From the sequence record OQ992561.1: a stretch of DNA of 64,000 nt. One strand, 5' to 3'. Below the pieces are notes generated by a model, which made no database searches, had not been told where the DNA came from, and saw only the letters and a list, made by a program, of their open reading frames with translations. Of this stretch, positions 9,875 through 17,878 are shown in pieces; the first letter of the stretch is position 1, and each line of letters starts with the position of its first letter. Made by a program: the position numbers and the translations under genes.

Positions 9875-9896
9875 TTTTATTTTACCTATTTATATT

Positions 9897-10421
9897 TTAA
9901 CTAAAACGAACTACAATCACACTAGTGCCAAAAGTATCAGCTACCCACTGATTAAATTCTTTATCAGTAATACCTCGTAAATTTAGATTATAAGATGCAT
10001 TATCTACAAGTATATAGCGGATATCTGAAAGTAAATTTTCATTAAAGTCTTTCTGGATCGTTGATAGTCCAGATTTATGGATATAGCTACGTAGTTTAAA
10101 TGTAGTTAAATATGGAATAATGTTATCTGGTGTTTTGGATAGTTTATCTTGAGCACCACGTCGAATTCTTTCGTCGGTGAATACTGCCAAACATTCACCA
10201 GGGTAGCGTTTTGAAAATTCCATTAATGCTGTAGTACTACCAGATTGACGACCAATAAAAAACCCTACTGTTCTATGATCACGTATAGTGATATGACTGA
10301 CATCATTAAGATGATAATGCATCCCATACTTATTCCAATTCTCATTAGTTTTATATATCAATGCATCCAGGATAGCCTGGTAATCAACAATAGTTTTTAC
10401 AAACTGATTTGTGTTATTCAT
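9897..10421 (-). CDS. Degenerate P-loop NTPase-like protein (terminase/helicase-type motifs)
   Basis: FFIGRQSGSTT (Walker A with Lys replaced by Ser) and YILVDNA (Walker B-like). Confidence 0.5.
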   Translation of the reverse strand: MNNTNQFVKTIVDYQAILDALIYKTNENWNKYGMHYHLNDVSHITIRDHRTVGFFIGRQSGSTTALMEFSKRYPGECLAVFTDERIRRGAQDKLSKTPDNIIPYLTTFKLRSYIHKSGLSTIQKDFNENLLSDIRYILVDNASYNLNLRGITDKEFNQWVADTFGTSVIVVRFS

Positions 10422-10571
10422 TATAGAAGTTCCTTTATTACAATGTGGTATATAACCTTTATTAAATTAGGTTATATACCGGCTATGGAAAGGCCTCGTC
10501 ACCTTCCCTTCACCTATATTAAATATCAATAGTGGTTATAAAGAACGAGATACACTCATTGACATAATATA

Positions 10572-10594
10572 GCCAGGGGTGGCAAACCCCTGGC
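10572..10594 (-). terminator. Terminator hairpin
   Basis: GCCAGGGG-N7-CCCCTGGC. Confidence 0.7.
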
Positions 10595-10711
10595 ACTCAG
10601 ACACACTCTATAATTAAATCTACCACCGAGTGTATTTAGTGGATAGCTTTAGGATTATCTAGATACAGTAATCCTACATAATATCATCGCACTAGTATTT
10701 TTATCTTTAGT

Positions 10712-11719
10712 TTAATCGAGAACTAATGGGGCTACTTTAACTTGATATATACCAGTTAATAATTGGCTTTTCAACATATATGCTCCACCACCAACTGCCG
10801 TTTTAGATCCACCAACAATAATCATACTGCCATCTGGACCTTTAGCTATTGACGATATATTAAGGAACCCTATGCCAAGTTCTAATGGTTCAGCCCATTT
10901 ACGACGCCTAATGTTAAAACGTTGTGCAAACATTTTAGTTACGCCATTGACATCAACTGCATTAATATAATTAAAATATTCTCCATCTACATAACCGTTA
11001 CCTTGCCAGATTGTTCCTTTATCAGCAGGTATAATCATCCAAGGTGTTTGCTCCCATACTAAGGTAGTTGCATTATATCGATAAACTTCAAGATTAGGTA
11101 TGTTCTTTGTATTATCCCAGCCGCCAAAATGATAAAAGTAACCATTATAGAAGAATAACTGTTGACCTGAACGAGCACCACCTGAATAATCTTGTCCACT
11201 AAGCCATGTCTTACCCGATGGTTTTAACCGCATTGCATTTACCCCAACTGGGTTTACACACAAAATAAGATCATTACCATCTGATGCGGATGCTGTACCC
11301 CAAAATGGTACAGGCCCACTATATCGTTCAACCCTGCTACCTGTACTTATATCAAAATGTTGTATAAAGTTAGATGTCCCCGTACCACCATTACCCGCCG
11401 CGTTCCATCCAGTAATACCGCCATAAACAATAAAGTTATTCTTATGTAATGTTCCAAATCCTAAGGATACACCTGGTAGGAATGTTCCAGAAGATGTTGC
11501 ACCTGCATCTGCGAATGGTGATATGGTAAAACGTCTGAATACAGTTGCGGCTGTTTGTCCTTCAGTATGATGACCAGATCCAACATACAGTGTATTTCCA
11601 TCCACATATGACATTGTACCAGCTAACGCTACAGGTAGATCACCTAATTTAATAATTTCATTAAATCCAACCAAGGGTAACTCTTCGCCTATATCTGGTG
11701 ATAATAGTAATTCAAACAT
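10712..11719 (-). CDS. Kelch-repeat beta-propeller protein, probably virion-associated
   Basis: LYVGSG, FIVYGG, FYHFGGW, MIIVGG kelch-type repeats. Confidence 0.75.
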   Translation of the reverse strand: MFELLLSPDIGEELPLVGFNEIIKLGDLPVALAGTMSYVDGNTLYVGSGHHTEGQTAATVFRRFTISPFADAGATSSGTFLPGVSLGFGTLHKNNFIVYGGITGWNAAGNGGTGTSNFIQHFDISTGSRVERYSGPVPFWGTASASDGNDLILCVNPVGVNAMRLKPSGKTWLSGQDYSGGARSGQQLFFYNGYFYHFGGWDNTKNIPNLEVYRYNATTLVWEQTPWMIIPADKGTIWQGNGYVDGEYFNYINAVDVNGVTKMFAQRFNIRRRKWAEPLELGIGFLNISSIAKGPDGSMIIVGGSKTAVGGGAYMLKSQLLTGIYQVKVAPLVLD

Positions 11720-11773
11720 GAGTGTGCTCTCAAGTAAATCATTTTAATTCATAAGATAACTCATGGCAACATA

Positions 11774-11797
11774 AAAGAGTAGCCGAAGCTACTCTTT
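11774..11797 (-). terminator. Terminator after the tRNA cluster (UUCG loop on the minus strand)
   Basis: AAAGAGTAGC-cgaa-GCTACTCTTT. Confidence 0.8.
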
Positions 11798-11803
11798 AGA
11801 ATA

Positions 11804-11879
<76 letters not shown>

Positions 11880-11885
11880 ATTAAA

Positions 11886-11962
11886 TGGCGCGCCCAAGGG
11901 GACTCGAACCCCTGACCACCCGCGTGACAGGCGGGTATTCTAACCAACTGAACTATGAGCGC
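11886..11962 (-). tRNA. tRNA-Asp(GUC)
   Basis: Cloverleaf, anticodon GTC, encoded CCA. Confidence 0.95.
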
Positions 11963-12015
11963 AAACGTATGGACATGACTTCCTACATAGTATTACATAA
12001 CCAGTAATATTTTTA

Positions 12016-12363
12016 TTACGGGCGATCAGTCCAGTGCTTGAAATAGTTACCATCCTTGGGACGATCGTACTTAGCAAGAATATTTTTAAGTTCTTCGCCG
12101 GACAACTTAATACTATCGCCTACTGGGCTATCCAGTTCAGGGCAAGGTTCAGTTTTACGTGTAATGATTAAATTATCAGTCCCATCTTTGAAGATAAAGA
12201 TAAACTGCGTTTCATTAGCACTAATCTTTTTCTTAACGCAATGCTTTACTTCTGGATGTTTCTTGTGGATCGCTACAAAAGATTCAACAAGAGTTAGCTT
12301 TATAAACTCAGGGCTAATAAATGTGAAATATACAGCGCTCTGCGTTGGGGTTAGATGATCCAT
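12016..12363 (-). CDS. Hypothetical protein in the tRNA cluster
   Basis: ORF packed directly behind the upstream gene. Confidence 0.75.
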   Translation of the reverse strand: MDHLTPTQSAVYFTFISPEFIKLTLVESFVAIHKKHPEVKHCVKKKISANETQFIFIFKDGTDNLIITRKTEPCPELDSPVGDSIKLSGEELKNILAKYDRPKDGNYFKHWTDRP

Positions 12364-12365
12364 AT

Positions 12366-12653
12366 TTACTCCGTATGTTTGAGATAGGCTTTAACTGCTT
12401 TAAGACCTTTATTAAAGAACATAGCTTCAACATAAGTAATGTTACTTACATCCTCGCCGATAAGTTCCCATTTGATGCAACGTGTAACAGCGTTGATTGT
12501 AATATCTAATCCGTTTGGGAATAGGGTTACTTCATCGGTCAGGTGAATCCAATCGGGAGCCTTCGCTCCATTACGTAAACGGGGACTAAAAGTAAGATTA
12601 TAAAGTGTTTGTAATGGTTGTCTCAATAGTTCTTTTTGTTCTTGATGTTCCAT
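12366..12653 (-). CDS. Hypothetical protein in the tRNA cluster (likely start MEHQEQ)
   Basis: AGGA SD before the ATG; tightly packed. Confidence 0.7.
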   Translation of the reverse strand: MEHQEQKELLRQPLQTLYNLTFSPRLRNGAKAPDWIHLTDEVTLFPNGLDITINAVTRCIKWELIGEDVSNITYVEAMFFNKGLKAVKAYLKHTE

Positions 12654-12661
12654 GTATTTTC

Positions 12662-12883
12662 CTAGAGACATTTAAAAATATAAATAGAATGGTTATCTCT
12701 TTCGGTTATCTTTAGAGTATTCTCATTTCGAATAACTCCAAGAGACTTGTATTTATGTTCCAGAATATCCAGATGAGAAATACACTGTTCCCTATTTTCA
12801 AATAGGATATTACTTTCATTAGTCGAAATGAAACCAAATAATCCAACTTTGATAGATAATACCAACATTATTACTGTATTCAT
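12662..12883 (-). CDS. Small protein with hydrophobic N-terminus (likely start MNTVIML)
   Basis: GAGGA SD; signal- or TM-like N-terminus. Confidence 0.65.
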   Translation of the reverse strand: MNTVIMLVLSIKVGLFGFISTNESNILFENREQCISHLDILEHKYKSLGVIRNENTLKITERDNHSIYIFKCL

Positions 12884-12935
12884 GTTTTCCTCAATGAGAC
12901 AGTATAAAACCTCCCCCAAGTGGGAGGCTAGTATA

Positions 12936-13012
12936 TGGTGGGCCCAGCAGGACTTGAACCTGCGACCAAGCGATTATGAGTCGCCTGCTCTAACCAACTG
13001 AGCTATAGGCCC
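12936..13012 (-). tRNA. tRNA with CAU anticodon, most likely tRNA-Ile2 (lysidine type, reads AUA) rather than Met
   Basis: Body GCAGGCGACTCATAATCGCTTGGTCGC matches the proteobacterial ileX-type sequence as I recall it. Confidence 0.85.
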
Positions 13013-13019
13013 TTTTTAT

Positions 13020-13313
13020 TTATTCTGGTAAGAATGTTCCATCTTTTTGACGGACTAATACACCTGACCATTTGAATTTATTTGTATCACTAGCAGGGCA
13101 CTCTCTAATTACATTGGTTCTAAATGTGCCATGTGGATAGGTTACAGTGAATGTAATATGGTTATTACAAACATGTAATACAGAAGACTTTGCTTCTGTT
13201 AGATAGTGTAAGCCTTGAGCTAATTGAATATTAGTTAATTCAGGGTCACTAAGAATAGCGTAAAGAGCTGTTCCTATAATTTGATGTTCCCATGATATCC
13301 ATTTATTATCCAT
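13020..13313 (-). CDS. Hypothetical protein, 97 aa, between tRNAs
   Basis: GAGG SD, ATG start. Confidence 0.75.
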   Translation of the reverse strand: MDNKWISWEHQIIGTALYAILSDPELTNIQLAQGLHYLTEAKSSVLHVCNNHITFTVTYPHGTFRTNVIRECPASDTNKFKWSGVLVRQKDGTFLPE

Positions 13314-13334
13314 CCTATTTACCTATTATTAAAA

Positions 13335-13410
13335 TGGTCGGAGTGGGGAGACTCGAACTCCCGACATCCTGCTCCCAAAGCAGGCGCGCTACCAACTGCG
13401 CTACACTCCG
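13335..13410 (-). tRNA. tRNA-Pro(UGG)
   Basis: Cloverleaf CGGAGTG...CACTCCG-A-CCA, anticodon TGG. Confidence 0.95.
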
Positions 13411-13419
13411 TATTTAAAT

Positions 13420-13504
13420 TGGTGCCCGAAGTCGGATTCGAACCGACAAGACCGTAGCCGGAAGATTTTAAGTCTTCTGTGTTTACCAATTTCACCATTC
13501 GGGC
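13420..13504 (-). tRNA. tRNA-Leu(UAA)
   Basis: Class II cloverleaf with long variable arm, anticodon TAA, encoded CCA. Confidence 0.95.
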
Positions 13505-13562
13505 ATTGTGCTTCAATACATAACATGTAATGCTAGGTATTTTATTACAACTTATTTTAAAT

Positions 13563-14015
13563 TCAACGTGGCCATTGTAAAGAAGTTATCTTATTACCAT
13601 TAATGTAGACATCGGTCACTTCGCACCAATCATTAATTCTGTGTTCAATAATTGGAACATCATTTCGGCCAGCCACTCCAATCATATTCCATTTAACATA
13701 AATATTCATTAGATCAATTGTTAATTTCTCTTTTATGAGTTTAGGAGAAATTAATTTAATATTATTAATGTTAAAGAAGTAATTATTAACTTCTTCTAAA
13801 TATTCATTAGTATTAGTAGTACTAACTTTGCCTTCATGTTCAAGTGAGGATGGTTTATTCTGATTTACAATATTGCTCACTAGACTTCTTAAAACGGCAC
13901 TTGCCCTACCAGCTTCACGTCTTTTATATTTATCATAGTCTTTTACATTAGCTGCAATTTTATCAAATTCTTTTTGGGCATAGATTAACCCTGGTAAAAG
14001 TTCATTCTTAATCAT
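13563..14015 (-). CDS. Hypothetical protein, 150 aa
   Basis: ORF track; contains an SLE motif of unknown significance. Confidence 0.75.
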   Translation of the reverse strand: MIKNELLPGLIYAQKEFDKIAANVKDYDKYKRREAGRASAVLRSLVSNIVNQNKPSSLEHEGKVSTTNTNEYLEEVNNYFFNINNIKLISPKLIKEKLTIDLMNIYVKWNMIGVAGRNDVPIIEHRINDWCEVTDVYINGNKITSLQWPR

Positions 14016-14078
14016 TTTATAATTACTCTATGTTATTTGTACATATTTTAACATACTCACGTAAAAACAAAATATAAA

Positions 14079-14096
14079 GCCTCCCCGAAGGGAGGC
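14079..14096 (-). terminator. Intrinsic terminator
   Basis: Minus strand GCCTCCC-TTCG-GGGAGGC-TTTATATTTT. Confidence 0.85.
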
Positions 14097-14230
14097 GATA
14101 TATCGTCATTAATGCCCAGCAAAGAGTTTTACTCTCTGGGAGCCAGTTGGAAGGGGGACTGGCTCCGATTTATTATGACTAATGTAGAAACGAGGGGGAG
14201 GGATCATTTCTACATATCATTACATACTCA
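14097..14230 (-). ncRNA. Candidate structured small RNA or 3' UTR element with C-rich loops
   Basis: TATG motifs then three hairpins (14182-14215, 14139-14166, 14115-14140) and a terminator; no ORF. Confidence 0.5.
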
Positions 14231-14235
14231 GTAAG

Positions 14236-16119
14236 TTATTCTTCAATACCAATGACCGTATTGCGTTCATTGGTGTTCTCTACGGTTGAACCACTTGGGA
14301 AGCTACTGACAGATGCTTGCATTAGTTTCAACATGTCGATAGCAAATACTCGATATGTAGATTCAACCTTAGCGTCGTCGTACGATGCATGAATGTTAAG
14401 AATGGCATTATCGACCCTTTTAGCCAGCAGATATACATCCTCAAGAGCATCTTTATCTTTAATAGTGGATAGCTTATGTTTGTAGATATCCCCATTGACA
14501 GATAGGTCAGGATACTGGGCTACCCAAGTGTCCGCAATAGTCTTAGTGTTGTTAGACAGAACGTCAATGATAACGTTAGCTGCTTCCACAATACCGGTAG
14601 CATCAAGCAACTTAATCTTAGCACCAGCATTATCTGGCCATTTGGGTTCTTGGAAGTTTGTCTTTACATTGGGTTTCCATTCAGCCAGAAGAGTAGCGAC
14701 TTTCTTAGGGTCTTGCCAATCATTCCCTTTGAACAGATTAACCACGGGGGCTAGTATCTTACTGTTCTCATCCAGAACTTTCTGGTTGTGACGATCAGCT
14801 TTAGCTACAGCATTAGTGATATTGGCTTTTGCGGTCTTAGGATCATTAGACGCGAACGTCTCGTAACTCGATACTTTTACTTCGCCGGTTTTAAGCTTTG
14901 CTTCTGCCACCCATTTGGCATCACCATAGGTACTTTTCAGTGTAGCAATAGCTTTCTTCTTTTTATCAAGATTGATCTCAGGGCCAGAGTCGAAGATACT
15001 CTTAATGGTGTCGATAAGACCTTCATTTGAGACTTGTATAAAGTCGGGAGTATTAATGATGGACTTCTCTACATACCCGCCACGAATAACTCGATTTATA
15101 AAACCATTAAGACCACTACCGGTTTCGGCCATATCTTTCATGATTTCTATATTCGTTTCACCAGCACTTTGGGCATTGTATAAATAATAAGAGCCATCTT
15201 TAAATTTTAATATAATCCAGTCATCCCCAGTTAGATATGAATCAATATTACTATCATTCATACTTTGATATTTAATGAATTCTGGATTAGTACTTAATAC
15301 TTCTTCAATGAATTCTTCTAATGCCGCAGAATTATTAATAGCATCAACCGGTGGAATTTCACCATCAATGGGTTCAGTAGTTGGACCAGTAACAATGGCA
15401 GGTAACGGATCCTCCTCTACAATAACAGTTTCTTCCACTGGTAGAGCACCGCAAGATAAATCAATTAGTTTATTAAAACTACTAATGATCTCACCAAGTG
15501 CTACAAGAACTGCTGGCTGTTCAACTTGTTCAACTTTAGCAATACCAGTTTCTGTAAATTCTTCAGTAATTCGGTTATAGACTTCCACTAATTGATTAGT
15601 AAGCTCTGCTACTTTTGGCAGAGTCTGCTTAGACAGAGGTTCAACTACAGTTGTATCTGCTTCAACAAAAATAGAGTCATCTTCTTCTAAACGGCTAGTA
15701 TTAGCTGAGCCAGCTGTGAAGTTATAAGGCATATCTTGAATTACTTCATTAATTTCAGATGCCTCCATATCTTCATTTAGACGACCACTATAAGTACGCA
15801 TCATACCTTCTGCTTCTTTAATAGTGGAATGCGCCAAGCGTCCCCAATCACCACGCATAATACCGCGCTCGGTAAGACCGCGTGCAGCTGAACCAAGATC
15901 AATAGGTTCTTCAATAAATGATTGTTCTTCAACCCACTCCTCATTACTGTAACATTCTTTTAGAATGGTTTTAAATTTAGTACTAAAGGGTTGTAGAATC
16001 TTTTTATCTACTTGTTCAACATTTGTTTTAAAGTGTTCTAGACTTGGTGTAGCTTTTGAAGATACTTTTTCAGTACCGCTATATAGCGTACGGTTTAGGA
16101 AGTTTAGCATTTTATTCAT
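14236..16119 (-). CDS. phiKZ gp303-like internal head protein, proteolytically processed
   Basis: Position next to the nrdB operon; SLE, ALE and SNE head-protease-type sites; two LK..Y....WV.E family repeats. Confidence 0.8.
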   Translation of the reverse strand: MNKMLNFLNRTLYSGTEKVSSKATPSLEHFKTNVEQVDKKILQPFSTKFKTILKECYSNEEWVEEQSFIEEPIDLGSAARGLTERGIMRGDWGRLAHSTIKEAEGMMRTYSGRLNEDMEASEINEVIQDMPYNFTAGSANTSRLEEDDSIFVEADTTVVEPLSKQTLPKVAELTNQLVEVYNRITEEFTETGIAKVEQVEQPAVLVALGEIISSFNKLIDLSCGALPVEETVIVEEDPLPAIVTGPTTEPIDGEIPPVDAINNSAALEEFIEEVLSTNPEFIKYQSMNDSNIDSYLTGDDWIILKFKDGSYYLYNAQSAGETNIEIMKDMAETGSGLNGFINRVIRGGYVEKSIINTPDFIQVSNEGLIDTIKSIFDSGPEINLDKKKKAIATLKSTYGDAKWVAEAKLKTGEVKVSSYETFASNDPKTAKANITNAVAKADRHNQKVLDENSKILAPVVNLFKGNDWQDPKKVATLLAEWKPNVKTNFQEPKWPDNAGAKIKLLDATGIVEAANVIIDVLSNNTKTIADTWVAQYPDLSVNGDIYKHKLSTIKDKDALEDVYLLAKRVDNAILNIHASYDDAKVESTYRVFAIDMLKLMQASVSSFPSGSTVENTNERNTVIGIEE

Positions 16120-16174
16120 GTCTACTCTCTCGTTGATGACTGTTAATAAGAGTGCTATAGAATTGTTAGCATAA

Positions 16175-16196
16175 ACCCTCCCAATTAAGGGAGGGT
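16175..16196. terminator. Terminator hairpin, identical to the one at 17849-17870
   Basis: ACCCTCCC-aattaa-GGGAGGGT. Confidence 0.8.
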
Positions 16197-16204
16197 CATT
16201 ATGT

Positions 16205-16618
16205 CTACATTATATCTCGTGTACCATCATTCATTTCAACAACAGTGACTTTATCACCAACCTTTGGTTTTTCATTGGTAACTGTTTGAACCATGTACTG
16301 CTTGCCATCTGTATTAACAATCAGTTTACATTGAAATGTTTCAGTAGCACTAACATTATTACCGACTGCGCCGCCTGCGGCACCACCGATTAAACCACCT
16401 ACCCAACCTCCAGATTTACCAAAGATTGCTCGACCTAATACAGCGCCTGCGGTGGCTCCAACCGCACCTCCAACAGTAGTGCCGACAACACTACTATCTT
16501 TAGCAACTAGCTGACATTCTGAATGTGCAATAATACCATCTGTAGTTGATTTTACTTCAGTTGCTGCAAATAGGACAGTGGACCACATTAAAACTACGAA
16601 TGCGATAATCTTAATCAT
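16205..16618 (-). CDS. Glycine-zipper 2TM membrane protein with signal peptide (SlyB/YcfJ-like architecture)
   Basis: Hydrophobic leader; GTTVGGAVGATAGAVLG...GGLIGGAAGGAVG. Confidence 0.8.
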   Translation of the reverse strand: MIKIIAFVVLMWSTVLFAATEVKSTTDGIIAHSECQLVAKDSSVVGTTVGGAVGATAGAVLGRAIFGKSGGWVGGLIGGAAGGAVGNNVSATETFQCKLIVNTDGKQYMVQTVTNEKPKVGDKVTVVEMNDGTRDIM

Positions 16619-17778
16619 AAGAAGTCAACCTCAAATTCTTCTTCTTCACCAACATCATTTACAACGTTGACCATGTAATCAGGCTTCTCTTCTTCCTGAG
16701 GAGATGCTTGGGTTGATGAAATATCTAGGTAGTCTTCCATATAAAGAAGTGGGTTCTTCTCTGGCCAAACAAAATCAAATCCAGCTGATTCTTTAAACTC
16801 CACTTGATACTGTTCTACAACATCATTTTCAATACTTAGGAATGTTGCTGCGGCATTAGCATTGAAAAGTACCCAGTTAATAAGTTTAGTCGCATTAACA
16901 CCAGTTAGTTCACGACCTTCAGAGAATAGATAATTAACCCAGGTAACTTCAGTCTTTACAATTTCCCATAGTAGTTCAATGATTTTATCTTTACATTGAC
17001 TATAAGCGAGTTTACCACGTTCAGTTGCTAGTAGTGCACGAATAACTTCTTGGCCATATTGCGCATGGATTTCGAATTCGTCTTGGGCAATCTTCTTAAC
17101 AGCAGCTGCAATTTGCTGGAATGCACCGGTGCGACCAATAGCGAAAGTCACAGCAAAGGATGCCATGAACTGAATACGCTCAAGGAAATATAGAGCGATG
17201 AAGAACATGAATACCTTATTGTAAAGTTCTTGATCATTGGGTACCTGATTAAGAGCATACGCGTGAACTGCGTCATGTGCTTCACCCATAGTGCGGGCTA
17301 CTGCAACCATCCGTTCTTGTGCTTCTTCTACCCTAAGAATTTCATCTAGAATAACTTTAGGATCTTTAAAGCTATTACGTACAATTTCAGAATAAGTTAA
17401 AGCATGTACGTCTTCATTATCATTAATACGTACATATCCTGCCCATACTCGTGAATCAGTCATGACAGGTGATAGAATATTAACAATGGAACGACTGGCT
17501 ACAGAGTCAGCTTCCCATTGCCACGCCAGTGTCTTAATCATCATGTCATAAGTTGATTTATCACATGTTTCAAATTCTACTAGACAAGTAGAAAAGTCAA
17601 ATTCTAACTCATCCCAATCAAGCATTTTTAGACGCTTATATAGGTCCCACATTTTAGGATAATGAGTGTGGATTGAATCTAGTAGACCTGGGTCATCTCC
17701 AAGAATAATTTCTGGTAGATGATAATCACTCTTAGCCGCATTGAAGATTTTCTTTGGTAGTTGTGATTTAGTAGACAT
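16615..17778 (-). CDS. nrdB: Ribonucleotide reductase class Ia beta subunit
   Basis: W...E, EADS, E.VHALTY (radical Tyr), LE.IQFMASF, DEFEIH di-iron motifs; acidic C-terminal tail. Confidence 0.95.
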   Translation of the reverse strand: MSTKSQLPKKIFNAAKSDYHLPEIILGDDPGLLDSIHTHYPKMWDLYKRLKMLDWDELEFDFSTCLVEFETCDKSTYDMMIKTLAWQWEADSVASRSIVNILSPVMTDSRVWAGYVRINDNEDVHALTYSEIVRNSFKDPKVILDEILRVEEAQERMVAVARTMGEAHDAVHAYALNQVPNDQELYNKVFMFFIALYFLERIQFMASFAVTFAIGRTGAFQQIAAAVKKIAQDEFEIHAQYGQEVIRALLATERGKLAYSQCKDKIIELLWEIVKTEVTWVNYLFSEGRELTGVNATKLINWVLFNANAAATFLSIENDVVEQYQVEFKESAGFDFVWPEKNPLLYMEDYLDISSTQASPQEEEKPDYMVNVVNDVGEEEEFEVDFL

Positions 17779-17846
17779 GTCAGTTCCTTTACAATTTAAA
17801 AATATTTCTTACAATAAATAATAGAGGTTAGTATAAATTGGGAATA

Positions 17847-17872
17847 ACACCCTCCCAATTAAGGGAGGGTGT
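17847..17872. terminator. Hairpin between nrdA and nrdB
   Basis: ACACCCTCCC-aattaa-GGGAGGGTGT. Confidence 0.7.
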
Positions 17873-17878
17873 ATACAC

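Noticed and set aside
13319-13516. 65-aa ORF in the track
   Set aside because: It overlaps tRNA-Pro and tRNA-Leu; the sequence is explained by the tRNA genes.
14495-16174. Plus-strand ORFs opposite gp303 (14495, 14788, 14972, 15275, 15965)
   Set aside because: Antisense shadows of a codon-biased gene, with no SD or promoter support.
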